From positions 1-60,456 of the forward strand of contig CAZNBR010000001.1 in NCBI GenBank assembly GCA_964571315.1: a stretch of DNA of 60,456 bases. Reading direction: 5' to 3'. The translations under genes were made by a program, and so were the position numbers. The notes beneath the pieces were generated by a model. That model saw only the letters and a list, made by a program, of their open reading frames with translations, had not been told where the DNA came from and did not search any database. Source of the stretch: an uncultured Syntrophaceae bacterium (GTDB lineage Bacteria; Desulfobacterota; Syntrophia; Syntrophales; UBA2210). Each line of letters starts with the position of its first letter. The stretch's first letter is position 1. This document shows positions 8,558 to 18,900 of the stretch, piece by piece.

Positions 8558-9586
8558 ATGGAAGGAACGATCTTTGTGTTCTGGAACTGGACGATAGCGG
8601 TGTACCTCTTTGTCGCCGGCGTCAGCGCCGGGGCCTTTTCTGTCTCGGCCCTCGCCTTTTTCCTGGGCGAGAAGAGATATGAGGAGATCACCCGTATCGG
8701 GGCGTATATCGCCCCCTTCCCCCTGATCCTGGGAATCCTACTGCTCATCTATGACCTGGAGCGTCCCCACCTCTTCTGGAAGCTACTGATTACCTTTCAG
8801 GGCTATTCCGTCATGTCCCTGGGATCGTGGCTGCTCCTCGTCTTTTCCATTCTGAGTTTTATTTATTTATATCTCTGGCTCCCCGATCGTTTCGATCTGG
8901 TGGACCTGCTGCGCTCCGCGGCCCGGCGGTGGGGGAGAGAGAAGATCTCCCAACGGATGGATTCAAGCCGGCTCTTACAAACCCTTCATCGCAGCAATCT
9001 CAATGGCCTGCGGGCGTGGGTGGGGCTGATCGGGATCCCGATCTCCCTCTTGGTGGGAATCTACACGGGGGTCCTCCTGGGCGCCCTGGTGGCCAGACCC
9101 TTCTGGAACAATCCCATGCTCCCCATGCTTTTCCTGGTCTCCGCTCTGAAAACGGGAACGGCCTCGATCTGCCTCATCGGCTGTTTCGTTATGGGCTTCG
9201 GCGGGATGAGCCGGGAGCGGATGGAGACCAACAAGTTCGTGATCCATTCAATCGATTTCGTCCTGGTGGTCCTGATGATCATCACCATCATGCTCTTTAT
9301 CTTCGGCCTCTACGTCTCCCCGCGCAGCTCCGTGGGGGCCGCGCACCTTATCATGGGCGGGCCTTATACCTTCCTCTTCTGGGGGATAGTGGTGGCGGTG
9401 GGACTCATCCTCCCGCTCTGCCTGGAGCTCTACGAACTGGTCCCCCACTTCACCCGGCAGGCGGCTCTCCGACAGCACAACCCGTGGCTGTCGGGGGTGG
9501 TGACGGTGGCCGTCCTCGTGGGCAGCTTTGTCCTGCGGTACGTCGTCGTCTATGCCGGTCAAATACCCTTCCCGCCTGTTCCCTGA
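8558..9586 (+). CDS. NrfD/PsrC-type integral-membrane quinol-interacting anchor subunit
   Basis: AAGGAG RBS. 342 aa and polytopic. The N-terminus WNWTIAVYLFVAGVSAGAF is typical of the NrfD family. Confidence 0.85.
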   Translation: MEGTIFVFWNWTIAVYLFVAGVSAGAFSVSALAFFLGEKRYEEITRIGAYIAPFPLILGILLLIYDLERPHLFWKLLITFQGYSVMSLGSWLLLVFSILSFIYLYLWLPDRFDLVDLLRSAARRWGREKISQRMDSSRLLQTLHRSNLNGLRAWVGLIGIPISLLVGIYTGVLLGALVARPFWNNPMLPMLFLVSALKTGTASICLIGCFVMGFGGMSRERMETNKFVIHSIDFVLVVLMIITIMLFIFGLYVSPRSSVGAAHLIMGGPYTFLFWGIVVAVGLILPLCLELYELVPHFTRQAALRQHNPWLSGVVTVAVLVGSFVLRYVVVYAGQIPFPPVP

Positions 9587-9610
9587 GGCATCAGGACAGG
9601 AATTGTGCCC

Positions 9611-9637
9611 GGGGGAGAGCTTCCCCCAGGCTTTTTT
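9611..9637 (+). terminator. rho-independent terminator after the NrfD-like gene
   Basis: GGGGGAG/CTTCCCCC hairpin (9611-9627) followed by AGGC and T6 (9632-9637). It lies between convergent genes. Confidence 0.55.
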
Positions 9638-9650
9638 GTGTTAGCGGTTA

Positions 9651-11192
9651 CTACTTCTTTGCCGTCACCGGTATACTCTTATAGGATTCATCAAAGGCGG
9701 GCATTGTTACATACTCCTCCTGCAGCGGAAGCTTCCCATAAACGGGATCGTCCTGCCAGCCATCGACTTGGGTTGCCCGCTGCGCCGCCGATTGGAATTT
9801 TTTCCAGTTCGCGCTCCCGTACAGAAACATCTCCTGAGCGGCCATGGATCCCTCTCCGTGAATGGTGTCGACCTGCCAGTGATTACCGGTTATGTCCTTG
9901 ATCAGTCGCAATATGCGAATCCGGTCCTCGGTCGGAACCCCGTCCTTTGCCGCCAGATATTTTTCGATGTAGGGCTGTATTTCGGGATTTTTCCAATCCC
10001 GGAAGGCCGGTACGGTGGTGGTCAATCCTCCGCCGATGTCCTGCATGTGCTGGCACATCTGGTGAAAATTGCTCGCATAGGTGAACTTCGATGAATTGAT
10101 GGCCATTCGGTTCGGCATCAGTACATCCATTCCGAATTCGGTCATCGGATCGAGGCAGGCCTGTTTTCCCAACATCTGCACCGTTTCAGTAATATATGCC
10201 ATCCAGGCCAGCTTTTTCCGGACGTGCGGGACTTTCTGGACACCGTTATATTCGGCTATCAGGCTCGCCGCCCCGGTCATGAGTTCGAGCGTTCCCGTCA
10301 TCTTGCAGGTGCCGAACAGGCGGTGATAGCTGGCAAAGGCATAGGCAAGGACCTGGGAGTACTGCCACTCGCCGCACATAAACACCCGGTCCCAGGGCAC
10401 AAATACGTCATCAAAGACAATCAGAGATTCCGAAGGCTGCATATGGTTCGAACTGGGATAATCAAATCCACCTTCATCACCGTACAGCCGTACAGTCGGC
10501 TCGACACCCAGGAGCTTCACCCCCGGTGCATTGACGGGAGTGGCAAAGCCAAGGGCATAATCCTGATCCGCCTCGCCATGGGTCCGGCAGGGCAGGCAGA
10601 GGAGCTCATTGGCACAGGGAGAGGCGCTGATATGCACTTTGGCGCCCCGCACCACGATACCGTCCTTCTGCCTGTCGACAATCTTCAGGTAAAAGTCCTG
10701 GTGTTGTTTCTGCTGTGAGGGGTGCAGGCTCCGATCCCCCTTGACATCCGTAATGGCCCCGGTTATCGCCAGGTCGTTCTTTTGCAGGTGTCTGCGGTAC
10801 TGTTCCACACGCTCGGTATACCCGGTCCCCAAGTTCTTGTCCATGACCTGGGCGGCAACGCTAAAGGCTGCCAGCGCATCGGCGCCCATACAGTGGACTA
10901 TGACACCGCCCCCGGACCTGATCCCGGTGGTATAGCATTCCCGCCTCCGTAGCATGTCTTCCGGGGTCTTCGGAGAGGTGAGCAGAAAATTGATATCCTC
11001 ACCGTCCTCGTCCTGCGTCACAAAGAGATCACGAAAATCGGGATGGTTCGGCAGGACGTAGTCCATACAGGCGGTCCTGATGATGCTGCTGATCGTCGGG
11101 TGCGTCCGGACATCGGCCACCTTTTCCCCCAGGCACCATACCTCTCTGCCATCATTCAGGCTTTCAAGATACTGTTCAACCGTTTTTATCAT
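9651..11192 (-). CDS. 4-hydroxybutyryl-CoA dehydratase / vinylacetyl-CoA isomerase family protein (AbfD/HpaB superfamily)
   Basis: The ORF is open to 11369, but the ATG at 11192 follows GGGAGGTGG and gives the family-typical N-terminus MIKTVEQYLESLNDGREVW. ~513 aa. Confidence 0.75.
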   Translation of the reverse strand: MIKTVEQYLESLNDGREVWCLGEKVADVRTHPTISSIIRTACMDYVLPNHPDFRDLFVTQDEDGEDINFLLTSPKTPEDMLRRRECYTTGIRSGGGVIVHCMGADALAAFSVAAQVMDKNLGTGYTERVEQYRRHLQKNDLAITGAITDVKGDRSLHPSQQKQHQDFYLKIVDRQKDGIVVRGAKVHISASPCANELLCLPCRTHGEADQDYALGFATPVNAPGVKLLGVEPTVRLYGDEGGFDYPSSNHMQPSESLIVFDDVFVPWDRVFMCGEWQYSQVLAYAFASYHRLFGTCKMTGTLELMTGAASLIAEYNGVQKVPHVRKKLAWMAYITETVQMLGKQACLDPMTEFGMDVLMPNRMAINSSKFTYASNFHQMCQHMQDIGGGLTTTVPAFRDWKNPEIQPYIEKYLAAKDGVPTEDRIRILRLIKDITGNHWQVDTIHGEGSMAAQEMFLYGSANWKKFQSAAQRATQVDGWQDDPVYGKLPLQEEYVTMPAFDESYKSIPVTAKK

Positions 11193-11469
11193 CGTTCCAC
11201 CTCCCTTTATTGCAATGACATTATTGCCATGAAACCTATGCGCGTCGACCGCGCGGGCTTTCAAAACAGGACCAGTAATGGAGATACTTGATATAGAATG
11301 GATTGTCAATCGGCTATATATGAGGAGACTCATCTTGCGTGGGATCACCTCGCGCTCATGCTCACACACGATGAATATTTACAGTGCTCACCCTTGCTTT
11401 TCTGCCATTGCAGTAACCATGGAATTTATGTAACCTGTGGCAAAAAAAGAAAGGGAGTGGCACCCATTC

Positions 11470-12159
11470 ATGAAGAAAGAAACCAATGCTCGTTGTGGTC
11501 ACTGCACGGTACCAGCGCGTGAGAAAAGCTGTCTCAACCCGAAGGGGAAGGGGGTGAAAGGATGCCCCACCCTGAATAAGGAAAAGCTTATTAAGGAGAG
11601 TCGGGAGGAATACGGCAAAAAAGAAATCGGTGAATTCGCGAGACAGGCATCCATACAGGAAGGTGAATGCTATGCGAATAGAGATCAGAAGCCATTTCGT
11701 TTGCACCCCACAAAATCCCGTATTCAGGAAATTTGTGAATTCGCGCACAAAATGGGCTATACCCGGCTTGGGCTCGCCTATTGCGTGGGTCTTGCAACGG
11801 AAGCGGCGCTCGTAGTACAGATATTGGAAGCTCAGGGATTTGATGTTGTATCGGTGATATGCAAGGTGGGATCCGTACCGAAAGAGGAAATCGGTATCCG
11901 GGACACCGAAAAGATCCGCATCGGTCACTATGAATCGATGTGCAATCCCATACTCCAGGCGAAGGTCATGAACGATGCGATGACACATTTCAACATTGCC
12001 CTTGGGCTCTGTGTGGGTCATGACTCCCTTTTCTTTCAATATGCCGATGCGCCGACAACGGTTCTGGCAGTCAAGGACAGGATTTCGGGACATAACCCTC
12101 TTGGCCCGATTTATACATCGGCGAGTTATTATGCACGACTCATGAAAAAAGGATTTTGA
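11470..12159 (+). CDS. DUF1847-family Cys-rich metal-binding protein
   Basis: Cys-rich N-terminus (CGHC...C...GC) and the LGLCVGHDSLF segment I associate with DUF1847. The start is uncertain (GTG 11437 or ATG 11470). Confidence 0.55.
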   Translation: MKKETNARCGHCTVPAREKSCLNPKGKGVKGCPTLNKEKLIKESREEYGKKEIGEFARQASIQEGECYANRDQKPFRLHPTKSRIQEICEFAHKMGYTRLGLAYCVGLATEAALVVQILEAQGFDVVSVICKVGSVPKEEIGIRDTEKIRIGHYESMCNPILQAKVMNDAMTHFNIALGLCVGHDSLFFQYADAPTTVLAVKDRISGHNPLGPIYTSASYYARLMKKGF

Positions 12160-12273
12160 GTGTCATTGATGAAGCAACCCTCTCGTTTAGGAGGTTAATA
12201 AGCACGGAAGGGTTCAGAAAACGAAACATACTCGTGCAAAATTTTGAAACCAGGGGACACGGTTACACGGTAG

Positions 12274-13050
12274 TTACTGTGATTCCTCTAACCCATAGGG
12301 GCAGAGCGACACGCACCGGGAACAGATATGCAGGGTATGCTCGTCGAAAGCCATCGTGTTCATCAGCCTCGCTGCAGACCGGGGGCGAGTCGCCCGTAAC
12401 ACCGCAAACCTGATCTTCGACATCAGGGGCGTCCGGGCCGTGTAATTCAGACATCGCATGATGCTCACCCGCTTCTTCTCTGCCGAGATAGCCTGAATGG
12501 GACAGGCGTCTACACAGATCCGGCAATCCGGAGGGCAGCCGGGCTGATCGATATCGGGCATTCGAAGAAGAGGAAGTTCCGCCGTGGTCACCACGCCGCC
12601 CAGCATCAGTCTGGCTCCGTATCGGGAATGGATCAGCAGGCCATTTCGCCCGATCGTCCCGATTCCCACAGATTCCCCCATGCGAAGCTGGTTCAGGTAG
12701 CCGGCCACAGCGCCCCTGCCGTTCAAGGTCATGGGCATACAACCGAAGACGGGAACTGCCTGCGCCCCGCCCTCTTCCAGCAGGGCGGCGAACCACACTG
12801 AAAGGGTATCGAGACGGCGGTAGGAAAGGGACTGTGACCGCCATACCGTTTCGATGGTAAAGGGAAATGGCCGATACACCCCCATCGGTACGGCAATGCC
12901 AAAGCAGATCAGGCTTCGGGCACCGGGCAACAGGTCATCCGGGCGGTACCCCGGTGGTTCCTCAGCCAATGCAAAAGCCGGGCCGAAGCCCAATACGGCA
13001 ACATTCTCTGAGTCGGCAATATCCTGAATCCTTCGTGCAATCGTCTTCAT
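12274..13050 (-). CDS. 4Fe-4S dicluster protein, epoxyqueuosine-reductase (QueG)/RdhA-like fold
   Basis: ATG at 13050 behind GGGAGGA. Ferredoxin motifs CPPDCRICVDACP and CSRCVSLCP. Confidence 0.55.
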   Translation of the reverse strand: MKTIARRIQDIADSENVAVLGFGPAFALAEEPPGYRPDDLLPGARSLICFGIAVPMGVYRPFPFTIETVWRSQSLSYRRLDTLSVWFAALLEEGGAQAVPVFGCMPMTLNGRGAVAGYLNQLRMGESVGIGTIGRNGLLIHSRYGARLMLGGVVTTAELPLLRMPDIDQPGCPPDCRICVDACPIQAISAEKKRVSIMRCLNYTARTPLMSKIRFAVLRATRPRSAARLMNTMAFDEHTLHICSRCVSLCPYGLEESQ

Positions 13051-13092
13051 CGTATCCTCCCTGTACGGCTTTCCGTTCACGCAAACGGATCA

Positions 13093-13614
13093 TCATACTG
13101 CGCTTTTCATTGCGTCTCCCCGTTTCCGCTGCAGCATCCGCCTAAGAAACCGGACCCACAGGCTCCAGCGAGCCGGTCGCGCAACGCTTCCCATCAGAGC
13201 ATATTCGGCGCGATTGAGCGCGTCCTCAAGGAGGGCATCGTGGAGCGGCCCTACAATACATTTCCACTGCAGCCAGTCCTTCAGGCCACCTTCGGCATCC
13301 ACGATATGGCGAAAGACAACATGGGATTGTCCGGGTACGACTTCGAAGAGGTGATCGCCCTCGAGGCCGCGGGTCAGGCCCGTGCCGTCGAATCGAAACA
13401 CGATCCTTTTCCCCGGGACATAGTCATGGACGCTGTATCGTACCGCGCCATGCCCACCCCGTGCTCCCCTGCGAAGGGGTGTGTCTAATTTCATGGCAGG
13501 CCATCGATCCTTCGGCCAGAGGATGTCATCGGGTCCCGACAACGTGTCGATCAGCGCCCCCGCCTCGGCGGCAGACACGGGGAATTGGCGTTCATGAACA
13601 TTGTACACCCTCAT
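13093..13614 (-). CDS. SRPBCC (START/Bet v1-like) ligand-binding family protein
   Basis: ~173 aa. The ATG overlaps the tetR stop (TGATG), which suggests translational coupling. The family call rests on general sequence character only. Confidence 0.45.
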   Translation of the reverse strand: MRVYNVHERQFPVSAAEAGALIDTLSGPDDILWPKDRWPAMKLDTPLRRGARGGHGAVRYSVHDYVPGKRIVFRFDGTGLTRGLEGDHLFEVVPGQSHVVFRHIVDAEGGLKDWLQWKCIVGPLHDALLEDALNRAEYALMGSVARPARWSLWVRFLRRMLQRKRGDAMKSAV

Positions 13615-14192
13615 CAATCACCACCCATAACCGCGTCATAGGTTTCTCGCACAAGGTGGTCGACATATTCCGGGGGCACGGTGTCCACCTCCATATACCG
13701 TCTGACAGCGCCGTGGGGAACATCGAACAGCGCGAACACGGCACGGGAAAAGTTCTGCTCGGTGATTTGCCCGAAACGGTCTTTCACAAAGGATCTGATC
13801 CCCTCATCCAGCGCTTCCCGCAAAGACAGCGCCCGATTCCGGATCTCCTCCGGCCATCTGCCAGAGGCCAAATCCTCCTGCCGATACATGAGCAGCACCT
13901 TCCCCTCTTTGGGGTGTTTCCTCACCCACTGCGGCGTGTAGAGTGCCGCCCGGAGACCGTCGCCCTGCGCGAGCGCATCGAGAAATTCTCCCTGGAACAG
14001 ATCGATGATGCGCAGCCACAACTCCGCCAGGAGGATATCGCGTGACAGGAAGCGGTGATAGACAGAACCGACAGGGGCCCCGATCTCCTCGGCAACCGCC
14101 TTGATAGTCACCCCTCCCGGTCCCCCTTCGGCAAGGAGTTTGAGGGCCGCATCGACAAACTGATCCGTTGTATACAGCGCTTTTCGTCCCAT
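13614..14192 (-). CDS. TetR/AcrR family transcriptional regulator
   Basis: N-terminal HTH (TIKAVAEEIGAPVGSVYHRFLSRD), 192 aa. Confidence 0.85.
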   Translation of the reverse strand: MGRKALYTTDQFVDAALKLLAEGGPGGVTIKAVAEEIGAPVGSVYHRFLSRDILLAELWLRIIDLFQGEFLDALAQGDGLRAALYTPQWVRKHPKEGKVLLMYRQEDLASGRWPEEIRNRALSLREALDEGIRSFVKDRFGQITEQNFSRAVFALFDVPHGAVRRYMEVDTVPPEYVDHLVRETYDAVMGGD

Positions 14193-14237
14193 ATAGGATT
14201 CCTATACTAGAATATAGATTCTAATATGTCAAGTCAA
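14193..14237 (-). promoter_or_regulatory. tetR promoter with two overlapping palindromic operator candidates
   Basis: Read on the minus strand: TTGACA (14227-14232)-17 nt-TAGTAT (14204-14209), and alternatively TTGACT-17 nt-TATTCT. The palindromes are ATAGGA-T-TCCTAT (14193-14205) and TAGAAT-ATAG-ATTCTA (14208-14223). Confidence 0.45.
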
Positions 14238-14365
14238 TTCCCCCGGCCGGTATGATGCGTTGAGGCGAATCCCGGAGAATCAGGGACGCACGAAGTTCAT
14301 GGGAGAGGTAATCCTGAGGAACTGGGGTCAGGTGCTCCGTATAGAATGCTCAGAAAAGGTCTCTG

Positions 14366-15982
14366 TCACTCCGTCCGCGAACTGCCTGGAGCGGCGATGC
14401 CGCGGCGTTCAAGGAGTGATCCCTCAAGCCGGTAGAGCTCGATGAGCGATTTGAGGTAGCTTGTGATGGTCTGAACCTCGGAAATCCTGCTTGCCAGAAG
14501 ATCACGCTGGGCCTGGGCGACAAGGAGGGTTGTCGATTTGCCGACACGAAATTTCTCCATCTCGATGCGAACCTTTTCTTCCTGGAACGCTCGGGTGGCG
14601 GCCTTCGCCACGATCTGCTCTTTTGACCGGTTCACCTCGATATAGGCAGATCGGACATCCACCTGAACAAGCTGCGCCAAATTCATAAGAGATTCTTCGG
14701 CTTGTTCCCTGCTGAGGAGCGACCGCCGATGACGGGCCTGCGCCTTTCGATTGACAAAGGGGTACTCAAGGTTGATACCGGCCAGGATATCGTACGAACG
14801 CTCATCGATATTACGGAACGAATCGTTAAAGGAACCGGAGTACCCCGTTTTCCCGAGCGTGACAAAGAAGTCCATTTTGGGAAGTAAGCCATTTTTTGTT
14901 TTAACAATTTCAAGATCGCCGCGTTGTAGCTGCAATCGTGCCTGATTGAGGTCCGGCCTCATCCGAAGGGCCACCCGGGCATGCAAGTCCACATCATCGA
15001 GCGTCACATCAGGCACAGCGGGACGATTGAGGAGCACAATTTGGCGACCCCACAGGTTCGAACCGGGGGGATTGAGCAGCCGCAGCAAGTTCAGACGGGT
15101 TGTTTCCAGGTTGCTCCGGGCATTGATGAGGCTCTCCCTCCGGAGGGCTATTTCAGCCTCCGCGGCGGCCAGTTCCGATTCCGCCAGCGAACCGATCCTG
15201 ATCATTTCTTCCGTTTCGTTTTTCTGCTGCTCAGCCAGTTTCAGCGATTCGAGGAATATTTCGATCTGCCGTTGAATGAGGCCGTAATCCCAGTAGGTCT
15301 CTTCAACCTGAGCCACCAGAAATTCTGAAAAGCCCCGCAGCTCATGTCTCGAGATGCTCGTGTCCAGCCGAGCTTGGCGTAGTGTTGCAAGATTATACTT
15401 AAGTCCTCCGCCCCTCAAAAGCGCCTGGGTGACGCTGAGCCCCACACGTGTTGCATGCAGGTCGTCACTGTAGAGGTCGGACCACGTCCGGTCCGTGGAC
15501 ACCTCCAGCCCTACGTCCGTCCCGGTCGGGAGATATCCCGAAACTCCCAGGGTGGCATTTTTCTGATTTTTTAGTTTTTCGCTGATCGAGCTCACACTGG
15601 TATCTTTTTTCTCTCGATCGTATGAGTATTCACCGGTGAGAACGGGATCGAAGTCGGAACGCGCTTCTTCCTCCGCTGTCCTGCTGATGGCCGGGTTAAA
15701 CTTTTCGATTCTGAGAGACCGATTATTTTCAAGCGCCAGAAGAAGGGCCTCTCGCACCGTAATTTCTATAGGCCCTTCCTGTCCGGTTGTTGTGACAGAT
15801 TCGGTCTCTTGTGCGGCCGGCGGTCCTATAGCCTCACGTGCCGGGGAGGCCGTATCAAGGCGTGAACCGACATCGCTGCGCCTCTCCGCCCTGTCGGGCG
15901 TCACGCAGGAAAGCATGAAAACCCATACCGTTGCCGCCCATAAAAAGATCATAACCAGTTTTAAAAATTGTTTCGGCATCAT
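14366..15982 (-). CDS. TolC-family outer-membrane efflux protein
   Basis: 538 aa with an N-terminal signal/lipobox-like FMLSC. It has the two-repeat coiled-coil OMF pattern and is the last gene of the MFP-RND-OMF operon. Confidence 0.85.
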   Translation of the reverse strand: MMPKQFLKLVMIFLWAATVWVFMLSCVTPDRAERRSDVGSRLDTASPAREAIGPPAAQETESVTTTGQEGPIEITVREALLLALENNRSLRIEKFNPAISRTAEEEARSDFDPVLTGEYSYDREKKDTSVSSISEKLKNQKNATLGVSGYLPTGTDVGLEVSTDRTWSDLYSDDLHATRVGLSVTQALLRGGGLKYNLATLRQARLDTSISRHELRGFSEFLVAQVEETYWDYGLIQRQIEIFLESLKLAEQQKNETEEMIRIGSLAESELAAAEAEIALRRESLINARSNLETTRLNLLRLLNPPGSNLWGRQIVLLNRPAVPDVTLDDVDLHARVALRMRPDLNQARLQLQRGDLEIVKTKNGLLPKMDFFVTLGKTGYSGSFNDSFRNIDERSYDILAGINLEYPFVNRKAQARHRRSLLSREQAEESLMNLAQLVQVDVRSAYIEVNRSKEQIVAKAATRAFQEEKVRIEMEKFRVGKSTTLLVAQAQRDLLASRISEVQTITSYLKSLIELYRLEGSLLERRGIAAPGSSRTE

Positions 15983-15993
15983 CTGAGTTCCTG

Positions 15994-18900
15994 CTATTTT
16001 CCCGTTTCAGTTTCCGGATTTTTTGTCAATCGGTTTTCGAAAAACAGGTAGACCGTCGGCACAATCAGCAACGTCATCATCGTGGAGCTGATGAGTCCGC
16101 CTATAACGGCACGGGCCAGGGGGGCCTGCACTTCGCCTCCCTCGCCTAATCCTATTGCCAGTGGAACCATGGCAAGGATTGTGGTCATCGCAGTCATCAA
16201 TATGGGGCGTAACCGGCGGCGTCCTGCCTCTTCGATCGCCTCCCGCAGGGGAAGTTCATCACGGCTCCGCAGGAGATTGGTGTGATCCACCAGCAAGATG
16301 GCGTTATTTACCACGATCCCACCCAACATGATACAGCCGATATAGGATTGCACGTTAAACGTGGTGTTGGTCAGAAATAGAATCAGAATGACACCGATCG
16401 CGGCAAATGGCACGGAGAACATGACTATAAGAGGATAACGAAGGGATTCGTAAAGTGACGCCATCACCATGTAGACCAGCACCAGCGCCAGGATGAGACT
16501 CAGCAGGAGCTCCCTGAACGCCTTTTGCTGCTCATCGTAGTCACCGCCAAAGTTGATGCTGAAATTACGGGGCACGGCAACGGCACGGAGCTGTTCCCGA
16601 ATGTCTTTGTGTATTGAGCCCATATCCCGGCCAATGGTATTTGCCGATACGGTAACAATCCGTTCCTGGTCTTTACGTTCAATTCGAACGGGGCCTCGCA
16701 CCGGGGCAATTTGGACGACATTTCCGAGAACAATGGGTTCGCCCCCGGTACCAACCAGGGTCATATTCAGAATTTCGCGGAGATCGAGTTTTTCGGCCTC
16801 TTTTATTTTTACGCGAATGTCATACTCGTCTCCACCTTCCCGATAACCGCTGGCCCGGGTTCCCGTGATAGCGGTCTGGAGCATATTGGCAATCTGAGAA
16901 ACCGTCAGCTTCATGTCGGCGGCCTTCTGACGGTCAACAAGGATGATCTCCTCGGGGTTGCCCGATTCCCGGGTTATCAGTGCATCGGTAACGCCCTCTA
17001 CGCCCTCTACGATTTCTTTTACCCTCAGAGCAAGGGCATCGGCGGTCTGCAGGTCAAACCCACGAATATCAATCTGGATCTTCTCCGTATCGCCACCTGA
17101 AAACATCCGCAGGAGAAAAAGTCCCTGCCCTGCGCGTGTTCGAATAGTGATACCCGGCATAGTGCCGAGTTTTCCGCGCAAATCGGCGGCAATCCGCTCA
17201 CTGGAGCGGTCCCGTTCGGCTCTTGGTTTGAGGGCAACCTGCATACTTCCCGTGTGGGCGCCAAGGGACCGCCAGCTTGAGCCGCCGATGCTGGCTACCA
17301 TGCTTTTCACTTCCGGAACCTCACGTCTTACAATCTCTTCAATCAGCTTGAATTTTTCGGCAACAACTTCCAGCCTTGTTCCGACCTCCATTTCAGCGTC
17401 TATACGGACTTCAGCCTCATCGGTGGTTGGCATGAATTCGACACCCACCAGTGGTATCAACAGCAAACTCATCGCAAGAAGTATGCTGACCCCGATCACC
17501 ACTACCCCGGTATGATCGAGTATAAAGTGGAGCAGACGTTTATAACCGTCTTCCATACCCGTAAAAACCCGGGCACTTGTGCGATAGAGTCTTTGTACCA
17601 GTGAATCCCCGGAGTAATCTCCGCCCGCATGCAGGAATTTTGCGGCCATCATGGGAACGAGAGACACGGCAACCATCAGCGCACATAAAAGGGCAAAACT
17701 GACCACCAGTGCCAGTTGTTTGAACATGATCCCCGTCATACCGCGTATAAAAACCAGAGGCAGGAAAACCGCCAACGTTGTCAGCGTACTGGCGATGATT
17801 GCGGCAGTTACTTCGCCACTCCCCTGTATGGTGGCCTCTTCGGCATCTTCCCCGGATTCCCGGTGCCGGTATATATTCTCCAGCACTACAATGGAATTAT
17901 CGACCAGCATGCCGATACCGAGGGCAAGTCCCCCCATGGTCATAATGTTAAGGGTCAATCCGCCAAAATACATAAGGGCGAAGGTTGCTATAATGGATAT
18001 GGGTATGGCCGTGGCGATAATGACCGTACTCATGATATTGCGGAGGAAAAAGAGAAGGACAAGTACCGCCAGAATACCACCGTACAGGGCCATTGAACCG
18101 ACGTTGGTAATTGAATTCCGGATATAATCGGAGGTGTCGATGATAGGGGTAAGCTGTATCTGGGGTATGTCCCTGTTGATTTTTTCGGTTTCGTCGAGGA
18201 CAGCGCGGGCAACCTCAACCGTATTCGCCCCTGATTGCTTCCGGACACCCAACCGAACACCGGGCTTGCCGTTCACCAAGATAATGCGGGTGATCTTTTT
18301 CCAGGTGTCGTCAACGCTGGCAATATCACCAAGTTTTATGGGAGCATTGTCACGAATTGCGACAATGGTTTCTTTTAATTGATCGAGACTGGTATACTGC
18401 CCCGACGTACGCATGGTGATCCCAAATTGCCCGCGGTCGATTGAACCGGCCGGGAGATTTATATTGCCCGCTTCGATATGATTGAGGATCTGATCGAGGG
18501 GCAGGCCCATGGCCTTGACCTTGCCTGCATCGAGATTGACCTGAATCTCACGTTCGTATCCGCCCCAGACGTCAAGTGATGCGACACCGGGTACCCGCTC
18601 GATCCGGTACTTGATCTGGTTGTCGATGATGTTGCGCATCTGAAGCGGGTTCATGTTTCCCGTGGCCCCGAATATCAGGATGGGAAAACTGGCAATATCG
18701 AATTTATACAGCGTGGGCCGTTCCGCATCCTCGGGAAGTTTTGGGATTGTGCGGTCCAGACGATCCCGGATATCGTTGGAGGCCGTATCAAGGTCGGTTC
18801 CCCATGCAAAGGTGACCCGTACGTTGCTGACCCCCTCCGACGAAATTGAATAAACGCTTTCAACCCCGGGAACGGCACTCATCGCCTCTTCAATGGGCCG

